Positions 14,053-27,189 of a stretch of DNA of 64,000 bases are shown here, in pieces. Numbering within the stretch: position 1 is the first letter of the stretch; each line of letters starts with the position of its first letter. A model generated the notes under the pieces. That model ran no database searches, had not been told where the DNA came from, and saw nothing but the letters and a program-made list of their open reading frames with translations. The position numbers and the translations under genes were made by a program. Origin of the DNA: the human T2T-CHM13v2.0 reference genome, Homo sapiens; NCBI RefSeq assembly GCF_009914755.1, contig NC_060928.1; one strand, 5' to 3'.

Positions 14053-14319
14053 ACCCCTAATTAATGCAGGCTACGATTATGCTAGTTTGTGAGAGCAACT
14101 GTGTTACACTGTCATCCCTGTTTCCTGTTATTTGAAATTCCTGTTTTTTTCCCACACTCACTGCTAAGTTACATCTTCTTATATTAGTTTGATTGCAGCA
14201 TGTAACAATCTGATTACATTTTGATGAGTCCTAGACTATGAATTTGTGGGCAAAACACAGATCATATTCATCTCTGTTTCTGGTACCAAGCAAAGGCCCT
14301 AGTACATAATAGGTGCCAA

Positions 14320-14880
14320 TATAAGAAGTAACCAAAAAATAAAATAACACTGGTCTAAATGATAAAAATAAATAAATAAATAAAAATTAATTCTCTGCTG
14401 AACAGTTCAAGGCATGGCTGGATCCAGGGCTCAAAGATGGTGACAGGGACTTCAATCATCGCCACTTTCCACCTCTGCTTTCTTGTCATCAGCACCATCC
14501 TCGGTCGAGCTCTCCCCTTGTGGCCTCAAGATGGCCGCCAGTGTCACTCAGAGCCACAGCCTTTCTCATTCCAGTCCAGCTGGCAAAGAGTCTTCTGAAA
14601 ACTTATGGGGGCAAACATTTCTTTTTTCTTTCCTTTTTTCTGAAACCTTAGCAAATGTCCCCTCCAATTTCATTAGCTATGATGGAGTTATCAGTTCATT
14701 TCAGAGCGAATTACTGGGGCGAGGGGGTTTAATATCCTGATGGGTTTAATTCAGTGAGGACTCCCTCATGAGGAGCTAGAAGCAGTTGAAAATTGAGGGA
14801 GGGTTCTATCAGGAAATTAGGAAACTGTTTGGAGAGGCGACATGTGTGCTGGGGAGGTGACCCATGGATGTCTACCGTAA
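14320..14880 (-). mobile_element. Old MLT1 (K/L-like) LTR
   Basis: ggcatggctggatccagggctcaaa and caagatggccgccag motifs. Confidence 0.55.
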
Positions 14881-17399
14881 TGTTAAACAGGTCTGCATTT
14901 CAGTTTCCTTTAAATCTTGCAACTGTTGTTCAGGATATCCGAGATTACAGCAACCACTAGCACAGGTTATGGCCAGAAAACTTTTCTATTTTTAGACGAC
15001 ACACAAACTATTCTGCTCCATCACATTGTTTCAGTGATCAACTTTAAAGGGCCCTGGCTTACCTCCTCCTGGAATAATAAAGCAGTCACAGGAGTTCTTT
15101 GGGCCACTCCAAAAACCACTCCAGAGTGGTTGGCCACACATAATAGAGGGTGCACTTGAAAGGCAGCATCCAATGACCAGTTCTGGTTGAAGACTTCTGT
15201 GTTTTTCAAAAGCTCAATAAGCAGCAGAAGTGACCACAATGTGTTTGAAACTTTATAGCATGTGTCTTCAGGAGACAAAGTGCCTAAAACTAGATGGAAA
15301 GACTTGTAATTTTTTAAATTAAAAACTACAGACAGGAGAGGTAACAAAGTAAAATAAGCATGAATCCTACATTTCTGTTTCAAAAATAAAACCCGAGGTA
15401 TGGGGAAAATTGTAATATGGAATTCAGAAATCCGCTTTGGCCATATGCTGTACTGCATCTGCTTTCCTTGAGGCAAAAGGCTCTCAACGACCACTCATGC
15501 TCAGCTGGGAGAGACATAATGCCAACGAGACTAAAGGCAGGCAGGAGGGTACAGAGGGGCAATTCCTGTTTCATCTGAGTGATCAGAGGGCAAACTTCCC
15601 ACCACCAGCCCCTGTGGACACATGCTACTGGTCAAGGTAGTCACTGTGCGAGGGCGGATGGACCACACAGGCCCATCGCCACTTCTCAAAAGAACAGCTT
15701 AAACTAAGACCTATTTAACTCTCAGGAAGGGCGTCAGTTATGTGATCTTCACAAATGAAAGGCAGCCTAAAACCAGCACCAGCGTAGTCCATTCTGTCAC
15801 AGAACCAATTTGTGTAGCCCCTGGCTCTACCCCTTACTGAAGGAAGGCCTTTCGTATCATCACTTAGTCTCAGCTTCGGTTTCCTCTAAGAGAGGAGGCA
15901 ATAATTCCCCTCTCACAGACGGGTGTGAAAGTAAAACAGTCCATGTAACAAATACCTAGAAATGTTCAGGCCAAAGAACGCCTACCAACGTCATTTTCTT
16001 CCCTGGCCCCTGCTCAGTCCCACGCAGTGCTCTAAGTTTATAAACACACCACTAAAAAAATTCGGTCTCATAGACCTTTTGCAATTTCTCTCTGAAATTG
16101 CAAATTGAAATTCATACATATGTGTGAAGTCATACTTTATCGTACTGTAGTAATTGTATTGGCCGGAAAAAAATTTTTTGAAAATCCTTCAGTTTTCACA
16201 TAGATGGAGGTGAAATCAACACAAAATGACCAAGCGGAGCATGGCCTCACCTTTTACTAAATGTAAAGCCTTGGGCAAGTTTAGTTTAATAGAAGGCTTC
16301 AATCAATCACAGCTTTTAAAATAGCAGCAATAACAACAAACATCTCTCCCACTAGATTGTAAAGTCCTCGAGGGTTGAGAGCTCATTTATTCAACTTTAT
16401 ATTCTATTAACATCCCTAGTCAACTGGCCTGCACATATTAGGAAGATAAGCTGCAATAGCTTGAAGGGTTTATCACTTGAAGGTCTTAAAAGTCTGCTAA
16501 ATTATTATAAAATGAAAAATATAAAAATCAAAATAGAAAGAGGCTGGACCCACTAACAACTAGAGTCACAGTTTTCAAAATTTTTTAATTAATTTTTTTT
16601 TAATTTCTCAGCCTAGAGACAGATCTATCAAGTCTAGCTCTATGATTCAATGATCTCTGGCAAGTTACTTTTTCTGTCCACACTTCGGTTTCCTTAGCCA
16701 CGTAAGGAAGGGAACAAAGTTTTCCAAAATCCCTTACACCTCTAAAATTAGGTATCCAAATTTCTACACACACTTGTGGCAAATCTATGACAAAGGCACG
16801 CTGCCAGGCACCATAAGAGACATGAGAGAGAAGAGACTAGAGCAGCCCTTCAATGAGCTCATGGATTATTAAACAATAAAAAACAGGGGCACAAATAGCA
16901 GCGATTCAAAGCAGAAAGGGGCAGTGGCTATCAGAGAGGTACTGATGTGGAACTGTGAGCTGTGGAGACAAGCACTGGCTTTGTGGAAGGGTGGCTTTTG
17001 TTCCCACTTCAATGTAGCAAATATGGAGCACCAGTCATGCCAGGCACTGTGTCTTAGCACAAAAAAAAAAAAAAAAAAAAAAAAAACTATGACCAAGACA
17101 AACAGAGTCCTGTGGAGCATCACAAAACAAATAGGAATGAGTCCATAGCTCTGTTTGCAGAGAAGTGATGATGGTACAGTGGAGTGGCATGAGAAGAGGT
17201 AGAAAGGCAGGAGGCAGCTGATGTGGAGCCCCTGAAATGCCAAGCTATGGAGTCTGGATTTTAATTGGTCCAACAAAATAACCTAACAATTCTAAGTGAC
17301 TGACTATATACTAAACTTCACAGAATCACTAATTTTGTATCCAAATGCACACTGCCTTTCTGTAACAAAAAGGAAGATGTCTGAAAGAAAATTGCCAAA

Positions 17400-18238
17400 A
17401 GAAGTAATTTAAATAAGTTTATTTGTGAAAGAAAAACATCTGAACATCAGGTACAGTCTGATCCACAATGTCATAACTCATTCTCGGGAGTACTCTTATG
17501 CAGTTTGCAAGAGAAATTCCACGTGGAGCATCAGCTGAACATTTATCAGAATTCAGAAAGCCTTCAAACCTGAGTATTACACAATACATAACGACAACGA
17601 TACAGTAATAAAAATACAATATCAAATATTACTTTGTGAGTTACAAACTACAATATAAACAATTTAGGCCCTTTTTTAAAAAATGAAAAAATATTTCTAT
17701 TACAGGCTTATTTCAAGCATTTTCAGTTAGAAACAGCTTTATATACTTTTACTCACGATAGCGAAAGAATGTCTTCATAAGTATCTGTAGGTAAAATATA
17801 TTACTTGCTTAATGTTTGCACTCTGAAGTATACTTTGACACATACAAGTTCCGATAAGAGAATGAAATTGCTGTGGCAAAATCCTGGCTGATGATCAAGA
17901 CTTGGAGAGTTTTCATATTAAGTTAAAAAAATTTACATCAATGAAAAAAGAAGCAAGGACATACAAAGAAACAACATCATTCTTTTGCAATGAAGCAGTC
18001 TAATTCCAGGGAATGGGTTTTCCATTTTGAATTCAAAGTGTGTGGTCCCAAAGTTGAATTCTTTCAAATCCAAGGAGCTGCCTGCCACTGTGAGGCAATA
18101 GCAATGATGAAGCAAGTTGGGAGTAAAGTGTTAACTGAACTACAGAGATGGTCACTGATAAAACAAGTTCCTAGAAGTCCTCGGGCCCACCCAGAGGTGA
18201 AGGGCAGCCAGAACTATCAACACAAAAGAAAAATGCGC
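17400..18238 (-). other. RAB28: RAB28 3' UTR (cleavage site approximate)
   Basis: Repeat-free AT-rich sequence between the TGA stop and an AATAAA, followed by U/GU-rich downstream sequence on the minus strand. Confidence 0.8.
17418..17423 (-). terminator. Polyadenylation signal AATAAA of RAB28
   Basis: Plus-strand tttatt. Downstream on the minus strand lies ttacttcttttggcaattttctttc...tttttgtt, resembling a U-rich downstream element. Confidence 0.75.
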
Positions 18239-18331
18239 TCACTGAACTGCACACATAGAGCTTCTAGGAGGGTTAACAGTCCTTGACATAGGTTCCTGGT
18301 TGTAGTTTACAATATCTGCCTTCACCACCCT
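18239..18331 (-). CDS. RAB28: RAB28 terminal exon coding part, RAB28S C-terminus [30 protein letters not shown]
   Basis: ttatgacag|AGGGTGGTGAAG...GTTCAG TGA. Phase 0, ends in CAAX box CAVQ. Confidence 0.97.
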
Positions 18332-19556
18332 CTGTCATAAAAGAAAACAGAGTTATTATCAGGATATCAGAACATTTAGAAAGAGCTCCTTAAAGTATAT
18401 TTTTATTTTCTGAACTTTGCTGAACTTCTGATGATGGACACCATAAATGAAGCAGGAGTTGATATTAAAAGAATAAGCCAGACAAACAAACAAAGAGTGG
18501 ATTTTTTTTTTTCAAGAAGAGAATGGCAACTCAGCTACTGAGTTGTCCCTGGTTTTATGACATTAACTTGAGGTTATCATAAGTCTAATGAAAAACTGAC
18601 AAATCAATAATGAAAAATTAAACCCTGATAATAATTTAGAGCAAAATAAATAAATCATTCACATATATTTTAAATCATAGAAAAGAACTCATCATTTCAA
18701 AGTAAAAAATAGCATTATTGATTAATATTTCCATAAGCCATTATATTTAGCGAAAACTTTTCATTGAATGTTTACAGCAGTTTGTGAGTTTGGAAGAAGA
18801 CATTTAAATGTTAAAGAGGATTCACATATAAAGCAGAAATATTCTGAGCAACCCATTTTTAAATCTTTTCCAACTTCTAAACCTTTCCTCCAAAATCCCT
18901 ATTTCCAAATGGCTCACTATTGGTTATGAATACAACTCTAACAAAAAAGAGTATGATGAAAAAATTTAGAAAATTACTTCATATTCATGTTTTTAAAATA
19001 ATTTAAACCAAAAGATAATTTTAACTCTTCCCTCCTTCCCTCTAACACACACTTCAAGGAACATCTAAAATGATACACTTAGCAATATGCTTAATATTCA
19101 TCTCTAAGTAATACTTTAAAACAAATCCTTTACTGTTTTCAACTCTACAAAGTCTGCACACACAAGCAGACAAAGAAGGGCAATTCAAAGCAAATTTTAA
19201 AAATACTCTTTCAATTACCAAGCTATTTCAGGAAAAATGGTAAGGAATGAATAATGAAATAACTGCCTCAATTCTCCACTTCACTGCACATGTAATAAAC
19301 ACAACCATAAAGACAAATATGTTTAAAAGTAACTGAAATGTTATTTTAATTTGTTCCCAATTTCTTAATTCATGTCTCCTGGCAGAGGACCAATTTTTTA
19401 GTTCTAAATCAAGACGTAGACGTGATATTAACTTCCAATAATGTACAATAATCATCTGAACTTCCCTATTCATAGGGAATAAAGAACAAGATAGCATTCA
19501 ATGGTTCTCCCTTCCCACCTCCCCAAACTGTAATAATTTATCACTTAATACCTGCA

Positions 19557-19646
19557 CTACTGTACTGAACAGATTCTACTCTGAGTAGAGGTGGTATGTT
19601 GATTTTCTTCTTCCGGGTACTTCACTATTTCTGCCCTGACAATACG
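19557..19646 (-). CDS. RAB28: RAB28 95-bp cassette exon (19552-19646), RAB28L C-terminus RIVRAEIVKYPEEENQHTTSTQSRICSVQ*
   Basis: ttgacag|CGTATTGTC...GTACAG TAG TGCAG|gtatta. Phase 0, ends in CAAX box CSVQ. Confidence 0.95.
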   Translation of the reverse strand, partial: RIVRAEIVKYPEEENQHTTSTQSRICSVQ

Positions 19647-21506
19647 CTGTCAATTCCATACAACATAAATGAGACAAAGAAAAAAGAATTAAAAAAAAAA
19701 AGACAAAATGGAAAGTATGTTCAATGACTGAATATAGAAGGAAACACCAAAGTAGAAAAATAAAATTAACATATAAATGTAAACATGTCTCACACACACA
19801 CGCACACACAAACAGCAGAATGTACACATACAAAAGGAAAGAAAAGGAAAGGAACAAAGACCCAAGAAACATTATTCTTTGTAATTCTATTTAATTACTG
19901 AAATAGATATGACCACTGAACTTCCCAAATTGTAAGTTCCATTTTTGATAACACAATTATATATAACATATATAATGCCCAGAATTTCAGAAGACTGTGA
20001 AGAATTATGAGGTTTTTCTATGTTAAAGTGCAATAAAAGGATTAATTCCATTTCCATTAACAAGCTTTACTGAAGATATACTATGTGCCAGTCACTCTAT
20101 ACTGTGAAAGTATGGGCGACTTACACAGAATCTATTCACAAGTTGCTGAGGCCCTAATGGAAAGAGAAACACATATACAACTAATTGCCATACAAGTTAA
20201 ACACTTAACTAGTGGACTTATAATATGCTGTGGGAACACAGAGGAAGGAGTAATTAATTATCTTTGAAGGTGGGGAGAGGAATGAAGACATCAGAGGAAG
20301 GCATATGCCATTTACAATTTTTATATTTAATACTATTTATTACTTGTCCAAGACTTCCTTATGATGCTCGCTCCCCCATTCCTCCCGATCCTAACCTCCA
20401 TACTTCCAAATTCCATACAGAAACAAACAAGTTCAAAATGCAGTTGCAGGTCATGTAAAAAAAAAATCACAAGGTACAATATTTAAGTACAATAACTGTT
20501 GCTTTCAAATATCTAAGAGTTTTACTAAATAAGAAACTATTTATTTTTACCTTGTTATATTCTTAATTGCTGCTACCCTTAGGATAAAAAGACCATATGT
20601 GACAAATATGTATGACACAGATAACATGTTACCCAAATATTTTAGATTTAAACCTATCCTCGCTATCCATGTGATTGCAAATAACTTATTTCAGGACACA
20701 TACCCTTCATAATAGCATCTATTAATTTATTAAGATAGAAAAGCATCTTAATATGAGCTGCTGTGTGTGACTACATTTATAAATAAAGATCCTATAAACA
20801 ATCGAGAGTAAATGAATAGGATGCTGAGGCATACGAACATATTAGCCTTGGGTGGCTTCTGCTTCAGTTCTTTAGCAACAAGCAGCATTAACTTTTGGAC
20901 AAGACTCATGATTTACTAGGCACTCTGCCTGATGCTATCAACAGAAGCATTACCAACTGCCAAATGAGGTATGAATCGGGGGGTACATCAGTGAAATATT
21001 GTATACCATTATCTAACCTCCCCAAACCTAACTGTTTCATGCCAAACTATGGGTTACAATGAAGAGATGGGATTTTCATAATCAGTAAGCAACTCATTAA
21101 TCCAACAAAATGTTGGTTTAAGTCTTATCCTATAAACACAACCAGATTACTGTCCTGTGCTCAAAACATTTTGGTCCAAGTACTGACTAATGTAAATGAC
21201 TTGGATTTCATTATTAATTTTCATCAAATTAATGAAGAATTAACAAGACAGCATCATTCTCAGGGGCTTTGACTCTTTGACATAAAGCTTTGTAAAATGT
21301 TTCCGAACTGTAAGCCATAACCAAGGCTCTGCAGATTCCAAATTTCACTTTCTATGATTAGAAAAACATAATTTCCATGTCATAAACTTCATGGTAGGTG
21401 GTTTCACTGTAGTCAGCTTATTTAAAAGCCATTTATTGATGTTTTTAGAGAAAATGTTACCTATAAAATACCAACCTTTATTTTTAGAGCCACAAAGCAC
21501 ACTCGA

Positions 21507-21548
21507 TTATTCTCTATTAGTTGATGAAATGAAAATAATGAAATGGCC
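21507..21548 (-). CDS. RAB28: RAB28 alternative C-terminal exon: GHFIIFISSTNRE* (short isoform, no CAAX)
   Basis: Acceptor cttttcctcttag|GGCCATTTC, phase 0, TAA at 21507-21509. Matches my recollection of the 204-aa isoform C-terminus. The 3' end of the exon is uncertain. Confidence 0.8.
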   Translation of the reverse strand, partial: GHFIIFISSTNRE

Positions 21549-23601
21549 CTAAGAGGAAAAGAGTTATATGGGTGAATACAAGCTTAACCCTGATATTTTC
21601 AAAGAGCATTTGCCAAGTGTATACTGGAAATGGAAGTGGCAGCCATGGAGGGCATAAGCAAGAAAGCAACCTATGGGTTGGGGCACAAGGTGTAAGGAGT
21701 ATAGATGGACTCTGTGCAAAAGCCATAGTTTGTCATGGCCAGGATATGGAGTAAACATACCCTGAAGGCTAAAACATCTGTCACTGTCATTCATTCAAAG
21801 CCAACCACCATCCCAGATATTACAGACATTTAGGTAAATAATGCATAATCTCTGTTTTTTTGAGATGCTAAGAGTCTAGCACAGAAAACAGATGTGTAAA
21901 CTACTAAAGAATATTCTGACTGGCATACATTCAAAGTGCAACAAGATTACAGAACACAATTTAAAGCATGGATATAGGATATAACATGTTAAAAAGCATA
22001 GTACTTTGCACAGAGTGGGAGTTTTTTAAAAGCTACTCTTCTATATAACGAATGGGCTATTATATGCTGCCAGTAACAAAACATTGGGCAAGTTATTTCA
22101 TGTCTTCTGTCTTCGCAATTTCCTAATCTATAAAAACAAGGTCTACCTACATGATCTCTAAAGTCCCATCTGGTTTTGAAATTTTATTTAAAAAATTAAT
22201 TTAAAAGGTGAATAGGAAAAAGAAAAAATGTTATGTAATATGAAAATCCATTAAGCAACGTTCAATATCTGAGGGTTAGAGTAGTATGTACAAAATGAGA
22301 AAATATCCCCCTCAAGAAAACAAGTGGTCTTTAGGATAAGAAAGAAATCCCAGTACAGTTTTAATAAACATACTGGAGAAAATGATCGTAAAAAATTAAC
22401 ATGTGGGTAAGAAGAATCTGAGGAAGATCAACATTCAGGTAAAGCTAAAAAGCAGAAAGGATTCTTAATACCAAAGGTTAAATGGGTACTTGTACTGTAC
22501 AATAATATGCAAATTAAGGTAACTAAAATCTTGAGCATGTCTATTACATGCCAAGCCTTACATGAGATACTTTCAGATACAGTCTGAAAATAATTTGAGG
22601 GGACAATAAGGAATATATATTTTTAGCAAGTTTAATGAATATCTCAGACATGATAGAAATTTTTGGTATTTTAAAAACTAATACATACCTAGTTCAAACC
22701 AAGTAGAAATTCACAGTTTATTAATTGGCAAGTAAAAATGCTGAGGCTTAAAAATGTATTAAGAATTCTTAACACCAAGTAGATATGGCAAAACTTCCTT
22801 GCAATTCAGACTGAAGGACACAAGACAGGACTGAAAGGACTATGCTTTTTCTTTATCAATTATCTAATGCATTCTTAAAGAGCCGATTGCTGGATTTCCT
22901 AAACAACGGCAATTGTAAATTTATTTTTTCTCCTAAAGGTCTATGTACTTTGCAAATAAAAAATCTGAACAACCTGGGAAACTAGAACACTTGTTAACAA
23001 CAGTATCAATTCTTACACTACCTTAGAGGATAATGGTTGGTAGTGGAGAAGGGGAAGACTACATAAATGATGCAAATGAAACTATTAACCAAATTGGGAA
23101 TTGTGAAAAATGGATCTATAGTGTTCATTGTTTAAATGTTTGGCTGCCCCACTTATTCTGGGAGCTCCTTGAGGATAGGGACTTTCTCTTATTCATTTCT
23201 GTATCCCCAGATTCTAGTGTGGCCCCCTGGCATTACACAGACCCTCAAAATATGGTTACTGTGTTAATAAACTGCATTCACTTTCTTTTCTCTCTCTTCC
23301 TCTTCCTTGCAAAGCTTGCAAAGTGTGTTGATAACTCATTTTATATAACTCCCAAATAGGAGCAATCTAGGTTAGAAATAAACTAGCAGAATCTCTTTAA
23401 ATTGTCAGTGAATGAAACTAGGACTAAAACCTCACTGTAAATATTTATGTCACAAACTAAATTATTATAGTAGAGCATCAACATCAATGGGACTGGTGAG
23501 TCTGCCATTTAACTCCTTCTCTATAGAATAATACAAAGTACTTTCAAACATTCCCTTGAATCCCCCCAGTAATCTTTCAAATGTCGCAACAACCACATGC
23601 A

Positions 23602-23680
23602 GTGTGTATGTGTGTGTATATATATGTATGTATGTATGTATGTGTGTGTGTGTATATATGTGTGTGTGTATATATATATA
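23602..23680. repeat. Compound (TG)n/(TA)n/(TATG)n microsatellite
   Basis: Directly visible alternating purine-pyrimidine tract. Confidence 0.95.
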
Positions 23681-24769
23681 ATCTGCACTTCTTAGTCTTT
23701 TAGATGAACTTGCCAAAATGTTTCCACTGAGAAATATGAATTGTAAAATCAATAATTTAATTGGCAAAAACACCAAATTCATCAGGATCAAGAAAGACTA
23801 ATAAGGATTCTTGCTATACACAAAGAATTTTGACAAACATATAGAAGAGTGCTGCAGTAACTTGAATTCACCTTCAAATGAATGCATTAAGAGTAAATGC
23901 CACCAACAAACTGAAGATAGAATTAAACCTCAAAGCATAATAAACAAAGTAGATGTGCAGGGAGGGTAGGGAACTATGTAGTTAACACATCTAATATCTC
24001 TTTATTTAAAACACACTAGGATATTAAGCCCATATCTAAAGTCAAAATAGTAACCCTGTTGATCTTGCAACATGAGGGACCTAATGTTAATAAAGCTTCC
24101 CCCAAATTTTGCCTCCAGTTGTTTCATTTCTCCAGAGGTCTCCTTGTATCTGATCACCACTGCACAGCTCAGGCAGTACAAGGAATCCTTCCTCAGTGCA
24201 GCCCTCTCACCTGTGAAGCACCAGCCCACCATTCCCCTTTTCAGAAAGACAACCAATCATTGGGTTTCTCCTGTCTTCATTCCTCCAGGCAAGAAACCTC
24301 AGGGTTATCTCAGACTTCTATCCTCTCTTATCCAATAATTCCACAAGCCCTATTGGTTCTTCTTTAAAATCTCCCTTACATCCATCCAACCTTTCCATTC
24401 CATCTTGACTTTGGTCTTTTTCACATGGTAGCAGTAACTCAGTCTCCTTACCTCAATCTCCCTCCCATCCAACGACATATAAAAATATCCCATTAGATTA
24501 ATTCTACCTAAAAACTGCTTTCATTTATTGCCCTACCTCAAAATGATTATAGGTCTAATAAAATTAATCAACTTGGCATTCATAAATCCCCAAAATCTGT
24601 TCTCAAACTCTTTATACTCTAACACAAATGGTCATTTATTTTAACCAAACTGCTCTTCTGTTTCCAAAATACAACCTAACCTTTTCTACCCAGGTATATT
24701 ATTCATACCAGCTCCTCTTTCAGCCATTTTCTCCCTTCCCACTCCAAACTGCCCAGTACACTTTCCCCC

Positions 24770-24990
24770 AGTATGGCAGAGTGGAAATACCAAGGGCATT
24801 GGTGTCAGAGAGACCTGGGTGCAAATTCTGGCTCCACCACTGCCCAATTAATGGTTAGTGATCAAGTTACTGAGTCTCTCCACAGTCTCAGCTTCCTGAT
24901 CATAAAATGATAAAATTTCACCTGATCCAGGGAGTTATTATGAGGATAACTGAGATAACACAGTCCCCCTGGCACATAACCTATTAATTT
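24770..24990 (+). mobile_element. MIR SINE
   Basis: gtcagagagacctgggtgcaaattctggctccaccact...caagttactgagtctctc...ctcagcttcctgatc. Confidence 0.75.
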
Positions 24991-25450
24991 TCTTTACTAA
25001 AAGCAGGGACATTTTAAAGTCTTTTAATTCTTTTTTAGACCCACCACTATACTGAGTTTACAATGTATGACCAATAAATCACTTATGATAATCATAGACT
25101 CTCTAACTAAGCAGAGACAAACATTATTTAGACAGAGAAGCTAAAAAGCAAACAAATTACTTGACCTCTGGGATCCAAGGTCTGTGTGATCAAGCAAATC
25201 ATGGTGACTTCTCTTTCCTATATTCTCCTAGGCCCAAAACAAGTAACCACTTTTTCTGTGTCTGGGAGCTATTTAAACATCACAAAGTATCTTAGCACTG
25301 TATTTGGCCATACCAAGTGCTAAAACAAATGTCTTTGAATGATGGGAATTAAAACTAGCAAACTTTTAGAGTTTCAAATGTTTTAATCAAGTCTTAGAAA
25401 CAGCCATATCAGTGTAACAATTTCAAATATTTGCTTCAATTGTTTTAAAA

Positions 25451-25458
25451 CACACACA

Positions 25459-25490
<32 letters not shown>
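25451..25490. repeat. (CA)n(GA)n microsatellite
   Basis: Directly visible. Confidence 0.95.
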
Positions 25491-26225
25491 CCATGAGAAA
25501 AAGATACAGAACTAACTCTAAAAGAATTCAAGAAAAATTTAAGGATGGGAAAAGATAATTATACTTTTTTAGTTGCACAGGGTGCGAATGGGGTGGAAGA
25601 AATTGAGCAAAAATGTAATTAGTTTGTTACTTCTAACCAAACCACTTCTGAAGCATAACTTTATAGGCTCTTACTCTGATTTTTCATTCTATCAAACATA
25701 TGAATTAGTGGGAAATTATAGTGGTACTTTAAATTTCTTGGCTGCCGCTATGCATGTTTTTTTCTTAGCCTAAGAAAACTATCTAGGAATAGTGAAAAAA
25801 CATAGAAATCCTTACTAATTAATAACACTACTAAACTGACAATAAAATAACATCAAAAACTAATATCACTACAGTCAAGGATGTTTTAAAATTGAATAGA
25901 GGCTCCAAAAGGATTTAAATAAAGAAGTGCCAAACAATGTGGTCAGCACCTTAACTCATTAGTTAACCACTAATAAAAATTTTCTTATACTAGTATCTTT
26001 TTCCCAACAAAAGAGACAAAATGAGGTTTCAAGGGTATCATAATTTGGCAAAAAGTTAACATTCTCCATCTTCTGCAATAAACACTGATTCATACATACA
26101 ATCTATTCCCAAAGCTTTTAGAGATACGTACACAGAAGGCATAAATGGGAAAGAATTTATGGGTGAAAATTAATGCCTTGTAAGAAATTCATTAATTTTT
26201 TAAATATAAAGTTCAAGGTAATCAC

Positions 26226-26303
26226 CTGTGACTGTTCTATTTCTGCTTTGTTTAATTTGATCCCAAGGATTTCAGCAGCAACTTTCTGAAAGCACAGGAA
26301 GAC
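26226..26303 (-). CDS. RAB28: RAB28 internal coding exon (78 bp, probably exon 6): [26 protein letters not shown]
   Basis: Minus strand tgtag|GTCTTCCTGTGC...CAGTCACAG|gtgatt. Phase 0/0 and in frame with the previous exon. Confidence 0.97.
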
Positions 26304-27189
26304 CTACATAACAAAAATGGGTTTAAATGATTTAAAAGAGGCATGCTTAAGTTATCTTCAAATAAACAGAATTTTCTTAAAAATGATAAACAGCAATAAT
26401 TGCAAAAATATGATATAGCAGGTGATTCCAAAAATAGCTTTATTTGTCAAATGTAGCAACATTTTAAATATAATAATTTTTAAATTATAAAGCCATAATT
26501 TAAAACTCCATGCAATTCAATGAATTGATCATTTTCTCTAAACACACACATGAAAGATTTAACATGATGATTACAGCTACCACTTTAAAAAACAACAAAA
26601 CAATCCTACTTACTACTATAAAAACTCCCATAATTCCTGAAGAAAATAAAAATAATCTATACTTTACCAACCTAGTTTTTCACTGTCGGTTTTATCTTGG
26701 TCCTTTTAGCCACCTTTGGCCTATCTCAAAAGGTCTTAGTTTCTAACACTTTAATACTCTCTGTGCCTTTCATATCATTCCAGCAAATTCTCCATGTTTC
26801 TTGAGTAAAGCAACTTGGTACTGTTTACTATATTTTATCAGTTCAGAGCAAAGGAAAAATATATGCCATTACGATTAAACAAAAATAGACAAATATTTTT
26901 CTATAAATAGCCTTTCCACACATAGTTAGCTTATGTCAGGTCTGCTGTAATTACTAGAGTTCCAATCCTGACATTTACTGTAGTATAACTTATCTTTTCT
27001 TCATAAATGTCCTACCATATTCTTATCCCTATTCATCACATGCTTATAGAATATTTATCAAAACTTTATTAATTTTTACTTCTAACAAAAAAGGATACAT
27101 ATTCCTGATAGCCTTATGCCACTTGTACCCTAAGAAGCATATTTTAGTTCACTGATGGTCAATGGTCAAGGAACAACAGGAAAAGTACT

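Noticed and set aside
14531-14550. CTCF-like motif tggccgccagtgtcactc
   Set aside because: Core spacing is one base short of the consensus and it lies in a common MLT1 motif.
15021-15494. 157-aa minus-strand ORF downstream of RAB28
   Set aside because: No recognisable domain, starts at a non-ATG codon, and has no splice support.
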